A DNA stretch of 52,894 nucleotides, from NCBI GenBank assembly GCA_964619105.1, contig CAZUDC010000001.1:1-52894 (forward strand). The letters run 5' to 3'. Numbering within the stretch: the first letter of the stretch is position 1; each line of letters opens with the position of its first letter. The notes under the pieces were generated by a model that saw only the letters and a program-made list of their open reading frames with translations, had not been told where the DNA came from and ran no database searches. The stretch comes from an uncultured Ruminococcus sp. Its GTDB lineage: Bacteria > Bacillota > Clostridia > Oscillospirales > Ruminococcaceae. Positions 37,289 to 45,614 of this stretch are shown here, piece by piece. The position numbers and the translations under genes are program-made.

Positions 37289-37564
37289 TTATTTTACATT
37301 GTTGATAATATTGTCGGGGAAAAGTGAAGCAGTAAGCAAGTCAGACGGCGAAACATCGAGCGCATCGGCTATATTATAGAAAACTTCCATAGAAAAACAA
37401 TGTGCAATATTCGGTGCTTCAATTACGCTGAGCAGAGAACGGCTTATGCCTGCTTTATCTGCAAGCTTTTCCTGTGATAAACCTCTGATTTTCCTCAATG
37501 ATGATATTGCAACGCCCAACTGAATAAAGCGGTCGTGATTCTTGAATGATACTTCTTTACTCAT
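37289..37564 (-). CDS. XRE-family HTH transcriptional regulator (91 aa)
   Basis: LRKIRGLSQEKLADKAGISRSLLSVIE is a classic Cro/CI-type HTH. The gene is divergent from the nuclease gene. Confidence 0.8.
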   Translation of the reverse strand: MSKEVSFKNHDRFIQLGVAISSLRKIRGLSQEKLADKAGISRSLLSVIEAPNIAHCFSMEVFYNIADALDVSPSDLLTASLFPDNIINNVK

Positions 37565-37801
37565 ATCTGCGCCCTCGCTTAATAATTATACTCTGAATAT
37601 AATTATATCCTGAGATAGAAAATTATTCAGTAATAAACAGTCAGCTATTGACTGTATTAGTGAGCAAGTATATAATATTATTAAGCATAAGTTTGATTTG
37701 GTTTGCTGAAATGCTAAATACCGGTTGTCCGTATTTTTACACAGCTGTTCTGATATAATGAAAGTATAAGCCAAACTTATTACATTGAGGAGGACTTTTT
37801 T

Positions 37802-38926
37802 ATGAAAAAGAAGAGTGTATTTCTATGCCTGCTGCTGGCATTGAGCCTTGTATGCAATCTGTCGGTGATGTCGGCATCGGCGGCAAAAGAGAAAATCACG
37901 CTGAATAATCTGCCCGATTATTCAGGCGAAGCCTATGTTGAGCTGAACGATAATGTACCGGATTTCAGTAAAAAGGATATGACCTCAAAAGCATTTGAGA
38001 AGTACAGTGAGCTTGATGATCTCGGTCGGTGCGGTGTGGCTTATGCCAATGTCTGCACGGAAACAATGCCTACGGAGGAACGTGGAAATATCGGAATGAT
38101 AAAGCCGTCAGGCTGGCATACGGTCAAGTATGACAATGTTGACGGAAAGTATCTGTACAACCGCTGCCATTTGATAGGTTATCAGCTTACAGCCGAAAAT
38201 GCAAACGAGAAGAACCTTATCACTGGAACGAGATATCTTAACGTTGAGGGTTTGCTTCCGTTTGAAAATATGGTCGCTGACTATGTTGAAGAAACCGATA
38301 ATCACGTTTTGTATCGTGTAACGCCTATATTCAAGGGGGATAATCTGCTTGCAAGCGGTGTGCAGATTGAAGCTTACTCCGTTGAGGACACGGGAAAAGG
38401 TGTATCATTCAATGTGTATTGCTATAATGTTCAGCCGGGGATAACGATCGACTATACGAACGGTGACAGCAAGCTTTCTGACGGCACTATTGCTTCAATC
38501 ACGCTTAACTATACCAAATATGCTCTTGAAGTCGGACAGTCCAAAATGCTTGTTGCAGTGACCTCACCCGAATCAGCTGTAAAGTCTGTGACCTGGTATT
38601 CAAGCAACAATAAAATCGCAACAGTTAGTAAGAACGGCAAAGTCACAGCAGTAAAGGCAGGAACGGTGACAATTACGGCAAAGACCTCTAACGGCTTGAA
38701 AGCGACCTGCAAGGTTACGGTCAAAGAAAAATCCGATACAACTGTTATAAACGGCACAGCTAACGGGAATATAACCTATGTTCTTAACACAAATACGAAG
38801 AAATTTCATCTTCCGAGCTGTTCGAGCGTTAAGGATATGAAAGATAAGAATAAGCATGAAGTCACTTGCTCCCGTGATGAGGTTATTGATATGGGGTATG
38901 TGCCTTGTAAGAGGTGTGAGCCGTAA
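37802..38926 (+). CDS. Secreted non-specific DNA/RNA endonuclease (EndA/DNA-entry-nuclease-like) with a Big_2 domain and a C-terminal Cys4 motif
   Basis: The signal peptide is MKKKSVFLCLLLALSLVCNLSVMSASA. The nuclease core is DDLGRCGVAYA...YNRCHLIGYQL...NLITGTRYLN. The Ig-like segment is VTWYSSNNKIATVSKNGKVTAVKAGTVTITAK. The C-terminus is KKFHLPSCSSV...PCKRCEP. Confidence 0.75.
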   Translation: MKKKSVFLCLLLALSLVCNLSVMSASAAKEKITLNNLPDYSGEAYVELNDNVPDFSKKDMTSKAFEKYSELDDLGRCGVAYANVCTETMPTEERGNIGMIKPSGWHTVKYDNVDGKYLYNRCHLIGYQLTAENANEKNLITGTRYLNVEGLLPFENMVADYVEETDNHVLYRVTPIFKGDNLLASGVQIEAYSVEDTGKGVSFNVYCYNVQPGITIDYTNGDSKLSDGTIASITLNYTKYALEVGQSKMLVAVTSPESAVKSVTWYSSNNKIATVSKNGKVTAVKAGTVTITAKTSNGLKATCKVTVKEKSDTTVINGTANGNITYVLNTNTKKFHLPSCSSVKDMKDKNKHEVTCSRDEVIDMGYVPCKRCEP

Positions 38927-39041
38927 TATTTCATTCCTAATTTGACTCATGAAAATTTTACGGAAAATATTTTGATGGTCGATATTTTAATGTGTCTCAC
39001 GATGATGTCACGACTGCTTATTCGCCCACAATTATAAAAAA

Positions 39042-39098
39042 TGTCGCTGTTAAGGTTGTTTTCATCATTCGCTTTAACCTTGACAGCAACATTTTATT
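39042..39098. terminator. Bidirectional terminator between the nuclease gene and the minus-strand cassette
   Basis: A 16-bp stem is formed by TGTCGCTGTTAAGGTT (39042-39057) and AACCTTGACAGCAACA (39076-39091), with one mismatch and one G-U pair. AAAAAA lies upstream and TTTTATT downstream. Confidence 0.7.
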
Positions 39099-39254
39099 GT
39101 AAAATTACAGAGCAGTTGATGCGCTTTTTTGATATTCAAAGTTTGAAAATCAGTTCTTCGTTGCCTATGACGCTCTATTGTTTCATTTTATCCTTTGAAA
39201 ACTGTTCAATTTTTTTGTGTGCAGAAAATTGATATATAAAGGAATCGTATATTT

Positions 39255-39605
39255 TCAATCTTGACCCAGCAACTCTGTATTATCATCCATAATGACATCT
39301 TTAAAAGGAGTATTGTTAATTACCGTTGAACGGAGCACTTCATCCATTGTTGCATATTCTCCCAACAAAGTGTATTCGTGATTTTCGGCATCTAACACAG
39401 TATTTTTTCTATATATACCAAAGACAGCAGTCTTTCCATCGGGAAGAATTGTATCGCTTCTATTGTACATAGAGCCTGTGTTAAAGCGATATTCTACACC
39501 ATTGTATGAAAAATCCAATCCATACCAATGTCCGTCAGAAGGTGCCCATTCGCCAATATACTGAGATGTAAACTCTTCAATACAATTATATTCATTGATT
39601 CTCAT
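39255..39605 (-). CDS. Small acidic cytoplasmic protein (116 aa), immunity/antidote-like partner
   Basis: The start overlaps the upstream stop as ATGA. There is no signal peptide or TM helix. It is the last gene of the cassette. Confidence 0.55.
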   Translation of the reverse strand: MRINEYNCIEEFTSQYIGEWAPSDGHWYGLDFSYNGVEYRFNTGSMYNRSDTILPDGKTAVFGIYRKNTVLDAENHEYTLLGEYATMDEVLRSTVINNTPFKDVIMDDNTELLGQD

Positions 39606-39991
39606 AATAAGTTAAACTCCTTTTTTACCTTTTTTATAAGTTCCATTTCCGCATCAGTTGGAGGAATGCCTGGATCGTTCTTGTTATGCTGCAAATAAAC
39701 GTGACGATGTGGTTTTACCCCATTATGTTCGTGTGCCAGATCAATGCTGACTGCTTGATTATGATTTTCATCATAATATGCCAAATGCTTAAGAATCCCA
39801 TCTTTTACAATGGCGTATATTCTTCCCGGAGTGTGGGAATACTCGGGAGCTTTTACATTATTTGAATCCTGAATGATTACCTTAACATTAGGCTCACCTT
39901 TAAGAATACCAAGAGATTTGTAATGTTGTCCTCCTTCCTTAAACGTAAAATCCCCTATATTTACATCAACAAATGCACCTCTTGAACCCAT
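39602..39991 (-). CDS. 129-aa protein with a His cluster (LAHEHNGVKPHRHVY); function unknown, candidate effector
   Basis: The RBS AGGAGGG lies inside the end of the DUF4417 gene, with a 2-nt gap to the upstream stop. It is translationally coupled to the downstream 116-aa gene. Confidence 0.55.
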   Translation of the reverse strand: MGSRGAFVDVNIGDFTFKEGGQHYKSLGILKGEPNVKVIIQDSNNVKAPEYSHTPGRIYAIVKDGILKHLAYYDENHNQAVSIDLAHEHNGVKPHRHVYLQHNKNDPGIPPTDAEMELIKKVKKEFNLL

Positions 39992-39993
39992 AG

Positions 39994-40683
39994 TTAATTA
40001 CCCTCCTTGATTGTAAAGATATTTGATATGCCCTCAAACTTTAATTGCTCATACGTAGTTACAAACCCATCTACATATTTATAGTTTATAAATGTACCTG
40101 TCATTCCCGGCAACATATCACCAACCACAATAACGATAGGTGGATTTATACGCTTTTTCATTTCTTCAAATCCATTAAGGAACTCGTTAACATAATTGCT
40201 GCAACCCAGCGTAGATATAATTACGACCGAACCTGTTTCAATAGATCCCAAGCAAAGATCGTATGTATCAGGCAATGCCCAACCTACGGTCGGAATGACA
40301 TTGCATCCATAGGATTGCCAAGTCTTTCCCAACCAACGTGACATAAATATATTATGCCTTATTTCATTATAATTCATTGAAGGATAAAGGCTAAAATCGG
40401 GCGTTGCAACGGCAGCGTATGTCTGAAAGATAGGAATCTTCTTTAAAGGCGAATTCCATAATGATAATAACCTTTTATCGTAATTGAACATTGTTAAAAG
40501 AGTGTTGCGGTTATTATTCCTTACAGACATATTCTGCATACCTCTTATACCGAGTGTATCCCAATTGATTTTACTGTAGTCAGCTCGATTTAAAATCGGC
40601 ATATTATTTTGGTCATAGGATACATCGCCGAAGAGCGGACGTATTACCTTGTAGACATCATATTCGGATAAACCTTTATTCAT
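39994..40683 (-). CDS. DUF4417-domain protein (229 aa)
   Basis: The ATG at 40683 follows AGGAGGAA. I trimmed it from the listed TTG at 40728. The core TPDFSLYPSMNYNEIRHNIFMSRWLGKTWQSYGCNVIPTVGW matches my recollection of the DUF4417 signature. Confidence 0.6.
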   Translation of the reverse strand: MNKGLSEYDVYKVIRPLFGDVSYDQNNMPILNRADYSKINWDTLGIRGMQNMSVRNNNRNTLLTMFNYDKRLLSLWNSPLKKIPIFQTYAAVATPDFSLYPSMNYNEIRHNIFMSRWLGKTWQSYGCNVIPTVGWALPDTYDLCLGSIETGSVVIISTLGCSNYVNEFLNGFEEMKKRINPPIVIVVGDMLPGMTGTFINYKYVDGFVTTYEQLKFEGISNIFTIKEGN

Positions 40684-40699
40684 TAATATTCCTCCTAAC

Positions 40700-40728
40700 A
40701 TTTTACCATATTTATGCCATGATTTCAA
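40700..40728 (-). promoter_or_regulatory. Promoter of the DUF4417 cassette: TTGAAA, 17-nt spacer ending in the extended -10 TGG, TAAAAT (minus strand)
   Basis: The -35 is at 40728-40723 and the -10 at 40705-40700, with TGG immediately upstream. It would give a very short leader carrying the SD. Confidence 0.5.
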
Positions 40729-40743
40729 TATGTAATATATATG

Positions 40744-40765
40744 CTTGTTCGCTGATTTCTAACAA
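40744..40765 (-). promoter_or_regulatory. 22-nt conserved box, copy 1 (minus-strand reading TTGTTAGAAATCAGCGAACAAG)
   Basis: It is 20/22 identical to the box at 41915-41936. It lies between the post-immA hairpin and the cassette promoter. Confidence 0.6.
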
Positions 40766-40769
40766 ACTG

Positions 40770-40811
40770 TACATAATATCAAGGAACGTTTCCGTTCCTT
40801 GATATTATGTA
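40770..40811 (-). terminator. Perfect 19-bp hairpin covering the immA-like stop codon (terminator or attenuator)
   Basis: 40770-40788 pairs with 40793-40811 around a 4-nt loop. On the minus strand it is followed by CAGTTTGTT. Confidence 0.55.
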
Positions 40812-41503
40812 TTTTTACCGTTATCAATAAGATTTAACTGTTGTAAACGGTACTTCATCGGATTGAAATTCACTCCGAACGCCTTAGCCAACTTTGAAAT
40901 ATGCGGATTTATCCATCTTTCAAATCGTAATGGTTTTTCCGGAACGCCTTTCATTTTAAGAGAAGCGACAAATGCTTGACTAACAGCTGTTCTCGGCATC
41001 TGAAATGCTGCTGCGCAATAATTTGCCTGATATTCGATGATTTCCAGTGCAGTCATTTTGGGACGTTCTCTGCTCCATGGATTGAAATTTTCCTTTTTAC
41101 AATATTGTCCCATACCGTCAGAGTTTTTAAAGCATCTTGGGTGAAGCAAATAATGAAAGCACTCATGTGTGACGATAAAGCGCTCACGTTCTTCCTCTTT
41201 GGAATCAATTACTGTTCTATCAATAAGAATAGTGCCTTTGGGGACAAGTATTCTTTTAGGAACCATGCCTTTTTCAAAATATGGTGCATTCCATTCATAC
41301 CAAATCATATTCTCAAAAGCAACCATGCCAAGAATCGCCTGGTTAGGCGTTATATAAATCCAATCTGTTCGTGCTCCGATATGATCAATTAGATCGTAAG
41401 GGTCAAAATGCTTAGGCACTCCAAGCCTTTCAGGATCGAATTCTTGATTCAGTTTGTCTGCATAGGTCTCTAACTGTGTCTTTGATAAGTTGTAATATAT
41501 CAA
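40805..41503 (-). CDS. ImmA/IrrE-family (COG2856) zinc metallopeptidase
   Basis: The HEXXH motif is HECFH, within FIVTHECFHYLLH. The TTG start is preceded by AAGGAG and overlaps the xre stop (TTGA). Confidence 0.8.
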   Translation of the reverse strand: MIYYNLSKTQLETYADKLNQEFDPERLGVPKHFDPYDLIDHIGARTDWIYITPNQAILGMVAFENMIWYEWNAPYFEKGMVPKRILVPKGTILIDRTVIDSKEEERERFIVTHECFHYLLHPRCFKNSDGMGQYCKKENFNPWSRERPKMTALEIIEYQANYCAAAFQMPRTAVSQAFVASLKMKGVPEKPLRFERWINPHISKLAKAFGVNFNPMKYRLQQLNLIDNGKNT

Positions 41504-41889
41504 GGGTTATCTCCTTCTTCCTTTTTGGCTTCAAGCATTTTAATGACCTTTAGCCAGTCTTCATCATCTGCATTGAGATCACGGGCCATTCGCAGAGCTA
41601 CTCGTGCATTGTCGGTTCCCATAATATATTCAGGGAGATCCGGTGAAACACTGTTCTCTTTTTCGTTTGCAGCAAGATCAAACAAGGTATTGGTTTCATC
41701 TTCTGACAGTTCGAGAGCAGAAGCTATCTTATATATTTTCTCTTTATCGGGTGGATAACGTCTGTTGTTTTCAATGTCGGACATATAAGCAGGAACAATA
41801 CCGATAATCTCGGCAAGTTTTCTTAAATTGATTTTTTTTTCAAGGCGTTTCTCCCTTACAAAGTCACCGAATCGTTTGTTTATTTCCAT
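41500..41889 (-). CDS. XRE-family HTH repressor (129 aa), partner of the ImmA-like protease
   Basis: The HTH is LRKLAEIIGIVPAYMSDIENNRRYP, with a C-terminal extension. The RBS is GGAGGA. Confidence 0.85.
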   Translation of the reverse strand: MEINKRFGDFVREKRLEKKINLRKLAEIIGIVPAYMSDIENNRRYPPDKEKIYKIASALELSEDETNTLFDLAANEKENSVSPDLPEYIMGTDNARVALRMARDLNADDEDWLKVIKMLEAKKEEGDNP

Positions 41890-41914
41890 ATTATATCCTC
41901 CTGTCAGAATTTCG

Positions 41915-41936
41915 CTTGTTCGCTAATTCCTAACAA
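41915..41936 (-). promoter_or_regulatory. 22-nt conserved box, copy 2 (minus-strand reading TTGTTAGGAATTAGCGAACAAG), overlapping the predicted xre transcription start
   Basis: It starts 2 nt downstream of the xre -10 element. It is 20/22 identical to copy 1. Confidence 0.6.
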
Positions 41937-41938
41937 TG

Positions 41939-41967
41939 ATTTTATCACATATTTCATGGCTTGTCAA
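41939..41967 (-). promoter_or_regulatory. xre promoter: TTGACA, 17-nt spacer ending in the extended -10 TGA, TAAAAT (minus strand)
   Basis: The -35 is at 41967-41962 and the -10 at 41944-41939, with an exact 17-nt spacer. Confidence 0.65.
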
Positions 41968-42027
41968 GTATTTTTTTGTATTTTTTCAAAATGTTTTATA
42001 AAAACTCTTTTAATTGATTCTTTGATG

Positions 42028-42036
42028 TGCTATAAT
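42028..42036 (+). promoter_or_regulatory. Extended -10 (TGCTATAAT) for the hsdM operon
   Basis: It lies about 40 nt upstream of the hsdM start. Only a weak -35 (TTTTAA) is present. Confidence 0.45.
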
Positions 42037-42075
42037 TATTATGAATAAGTATGTATCTATTAAGGAGAAGTGCCA

Positions 42076-44265
42076 ATGGATAAGAACAATTTCGGACAGC
42101 TTGTTTCATTCATATTCGGAATAGCGAATGACTGTCTTGTTGATGTATATGATGTGGGGGATTATCGTAAAATAATTCTTCCTATGATTGTAATAAGAAG
42201 ATTTGATGCAATACTTGAACCTACAAAGCAAGATGTTCTGGAAATGAAGAAAAAGCTTGATGAAAATAATATAGTATCACAAGATGCTGCTCTGAATGCT
42301 GCCGCAGGAAATCTTTCGTTTTCTAATTCCTCAGATTACACCCTCAGCGACCTTAAATCCCGTACAAATCAGCAGCAGCTTAAACAGGATTTTATTACAT
42401 ATCTCGATGGTTTTACCCAGAATGTTCAGGATATTATAAACAAATTTGAGTTCAGGAAACAGATAGACAAACTGTCCGAACATGATATTCTCGGATTACT
42501 TATATCCAAATTTACCGATCCGTCAATAAATTTATCTTCACACGAAGTAACAAATGCAGCAGGGGTAACCCTCCCCGCACTGGATAATCATACAATGGGA
42601 ACGGTATTTGAAGAAGTTATCCGAAAGTTTAATGAAGAAACTAACATAACTGATGCAGGACGTCATTTTACTCCCCGTGACATTGTTGAGCTTATTACCG
42701 ACCTTGCATTTGTTCCCATAAAGGAAAAAATTCAAAGTACAACATACAGCATATATGACGGTGCCTGCGGTACAGGCGGTATGCTTACTGTTGCGGAAGA
42801 ACATATCAAAACAATAGCCAAGCAATACGGAAAAGATGTATCAATAAATCTGTTTGGTCAGGAAAATGCTGATGAAACCTACGCTATTGCCCGTTCCGAT
42901 ATGCTTTTAAAAGGTGAGGGAGTGCAGGCACAAAATATATTTTTTGGTTCGACCATTTCAAATGACGGATTTTCAGACAGAACATTTGATTTTATGCTGA
43001 GTAATCCACCCTTTGGCACGCCATGGAAAACCGATCTTAAAGCATGGGGAGATATAAAAAAAGAAGAGATAACTGATACAAGATTTACGGTTAACTACAA
43101 TGATGAGCCGCTTTCGCTTATTCCCGATATTGGAGATCCGCAGATGCTTTTTCTTGCAAACAATATCAGCAAAATGAAGAAAGATACTGAACTTGGCAGC
43201 CGTATCGTCGAAGTACATAATGGTTCATCGCTTTTCACGGGAAAAGCAGGTCAGGGTCCTTCAAATCTCCGCAGATATATTATTGAGCAGGATCTGCTTG
43301 AAGCAATTGTTGCTCTTCCCGAAAAAATGTTTTACAATACTGGTATCGGAACATTTTTGTGGGTTATTACCAATAAAAAAGAAAAACGCAGAAAAGGCAA
43401 GGTACAGCTCATTGACGCTACATCTTTCAAATCTTCTCTTCGCAAAAATCTTGGTGAGAAAAACACAGAGATAACTTACGAAATACGTAATAAAATTCTC
43501 AATCTGCTTATGGCATTTGATGAAGCTGACAGCACATACAGCAAGGTGTTCGACAATAGTGAATTTGGCTATTGGGAAGTACCCGTATTCCGACCTCTCC
43601 GTCAGAAAGTGACTATTACTCTTGAAACAATAAAGGAAACGCTTGCAATGTTTAAGAGTTATGATATTGATTTCGGAAAAAGCGACGGGATTCCGGAAGT
43701 AAGTGCAGATGAAGTGCTTGCTTTCAACGAGAATAATCCAACAGTCCGAAAGATAAAACTGCCTAAAACAAGGGGACAGATCAATGCGGAAGAAATGCTC
43801 GGAAATTTCATGAGAGTTATTATTGATCTTATGTCCGAAGAACCTTATATGGATATGCAAAAATTTGTAAAATTATTTGAAAGTCATTCTATATCAAAAA
43901 AATATGGCTTTAAGTATAAGAATTACAGCCAGTTCATGACCTATCTCGTTTCAAAGGACAGCAATGCTGAGATAGTTTATGATAAAGGCAAGCCTGTTAT
44001 TGATAACGACCTTACGGAAAAGGAAATAGTTCCTTTCAATTATAAGGGAGGAATACAGGCATTTATTGAAAATGAGATCAGACCCTATGCTCATGATGCA
44101 TTTGCATATGAAGAATCTGCTGTTGTGGGATATGAATTATCTTTTACAAAGTATTTTTATCAGCCTGTTAAGCTCCGTACTCTTGAAGAAATCACTGCCG
44201 ATATTTGTGCTGTTGAAGCAGAAATAGACGGTTTGCTTGATGAGATCATCGGAGGAGCAGTATGA
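42076..44265 (+). CDS. hsdM: Type I restriction-modification system, methyltransferase subunit M
   Basis: The SAM motif is YDGACGTGGML and the catalytic motif is SNPPFG. The RBS is AAGGAGAAG. The stop overlaps the hsdS start. Confidence 0.9.
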   Translation: MDKNNFGQLVSFIFGIANDCLVDVYDVGDYRKIILPMIVIRRFDAILEPTKQDVLEMKKKLDENNIVSQDAALNAAAGNLSFSNSSDYTLSDLKSRTNQQQLKQDFITYLDGFTQNVQDIINKFEFRKQIDKLSEHDILGLLISKFTDPSINLSSHEVTNAAGVTLPALDNHTMGTVFEEVIRKFNEETNITDAGRHFTPRDIVELITDLAFVPIKEKIQSTTYSIYDGACGTGGMLTVAEEHIKTIAKQYGKDVSINLFGQENADETYAIARSDMLLKGEGVQAQNIFFGSTISNDGFSDRTFDFMLSNPPFGTPWKTDLKAWGDIKKEEITDTRFTVNYNDEPLSLIPDIGDPQMLFLANNISKMKKDTELGSRIVEVHNGSSLFTGKAGQGPSNLRRYIIEQDLLEAIVALPEKMFYNTGIGTFLWVITNKKEKRRKGKVQLIDATSFKSSLRKNLGEKNTEITYEIRNKILNLLMAFDEADSTYSKVFDNSEFGYWEVPVFRPLRQKVTITLETIKETLAMFKSYDIDFGKSDGIPEVSADEVLAFNENNPTVRKIKLPKTRGQINAEEMLGNFMRVIIDLMSEEPYMDMQKFVKLFESHSISKKYGFKYKNYSQFMTYLVSKDSNAEIVYDKGKPVIDNDLTEKEIVPFNYKGGIQAFIENEIRPYAHDAFAYEESAVVGYELSFTKYFYQPVKLRTLEEITADICAVEAEIDGLLDEIIGGAV

Positions 44266-45614
44266 AAAGATATGAAAAATTCAAAGATACAAACCAAATT
44301 TGGCTGCCGGGTCTACCTAACCATTGGGATACCATTAAAATAAAATACCAATTTGAAGAAATTTCTGATAAAAACCACGCTGATGAAGTGCTACTTGTGG
44401 CATCACAGCATAAGGGTGTTGTCCCAAAATCAATTTATGGATTACGCACTGTTGAAGCAACAAAAGGTTTGGAGTTATTCAAACGTGTAATGGTGGGTGA
44501 TTTTGTTATTAGTCTTCGTTCTTTTCAAGGAGGTTTAGAATATGCATATTATCAAGGCATAATCAGCCCTGCCTATACAATTTTGCGTTGTAAAAACAAA
44601 GAGTTTAATCAATATTATCGTTATTTGTTTAAATCGGCTATGTTTATAAAACTTTTAACATTGTGTGTTACAGGTATAAGAGAGGGTCAAAATATTGATT
44701 ATTCTACATTAAAGAAATTTTCCATTCCTGTTCCACCACGTTCCGAGCAAGACCAGATCGTCCGCTACCTCGATTGGCAGACTTCAAGGATAAATAAACT
44801 TATCAATGGATATAAACGGCAGATTGAGTTGCTGGAGGAGAGGAAAAGAACGGTCACTTTCTATTCTGTTGTATATGGATTAAATCATAACATAGAAATG
44901 AAAGACAGCATTATACCTTGGATAGATCATATTCCTGCTCATTGGTCAGTAAAAAACTTAGCACAACTTTTCACACAAGTAAAATGCAAAAATACGAACT
45001 TGTATGAAAAGAATTTATTATCATTAAGTTATGGGAAAATTAAAAGAAGAAATATAGATGCAACGGGAGGATTACTTCCCGAAAGTTTTGAAGGATACAA
45101 TATCATTGAAAAAGATGATATTGTATTACGACTAACAGATTTACAAAATGACCATAAAAGTTTACGAACAGGGATAGCGACCGAAAAAGGTATTGTTACC
45201 TCAGCTTACGTTACCATTAGAAATTTCAGTGAAAACAATCCGCAGTATTTGCATTATTATCTTCATGCATTTGACCTGAATAAAGGCTTTTACAATGTAG
45301 GTGCATCAGGAGTAAGGCAAAGTTTGAACTGGGATAATATCAGAACATTGTCAATACTTTTGCCACCACTTGACGAACAAAATCAAATAGTAGATCATAT
45401 TAATAGGACAGCATTAAAAATGGATGAAGCTAAAAATATGTATGAGAAAAAAATCAAGTTGTTTCATGAATACCGCACCCGTTTGATCTCTGATGTTGTT
45501 ACAGGGCAGATTGATGTGCGTGACATAGATATACCCGAATACGTTTCCGAAGAAGAATATAATGACGATTTACAGGACAATAATAACGATATGGAAGGTG
45601 ATATAAATGAGTGA
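44262..45614 (+). CDS. hsdS: Type I R-M specificity subunit S (two target-recognition domains)
   Basis: Two conserved spacer helices are present: PPRSEQDQIVRYLD...QIELLEERK and PPLDEQNQIVDHIN...KIKLFHEYR. Each follows a variable region. Confidence 0.9.
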   Translation: MKRYEKFKDTNQIWLPGLPNHWDTIKIKYQFEEISDKNHADEVLLVASQHKGVVPKSIYGLRTVEATKGLELFKRVMVGDFVISLRSFQGGLEYAYYQGIISPAYTILRCKNKEFNQYYRYLFKSAMFIKLLTLCVTGIREGQNIDYSTLKKFSIPVPPRSEQDQIVRYLDWQTSRINKLINGYKRQIELLEERKRTVTFYSVVYGLNHNIEMKDSIIPWIDHIPAHWSVKNLAQLFTQVKCKNTNLYEKNLLSLSYGKIKRRNIDATGGLLPESFEGYNIIEKDDIVLRLTDLQNDHKSLRTGIATEKGIVTSAYVTIRNFSENNPQYLHYYLHAFDLNKGFYNVGASGVRQSLNWDNIRTLSILLPPLDEQNQIVDHINRTALKMDEAKNMYEKKIKLFHEYRTRLISDVVTGQIDVRDIDIPEYVSEEEYNDDLQDNNNDMEGDINE

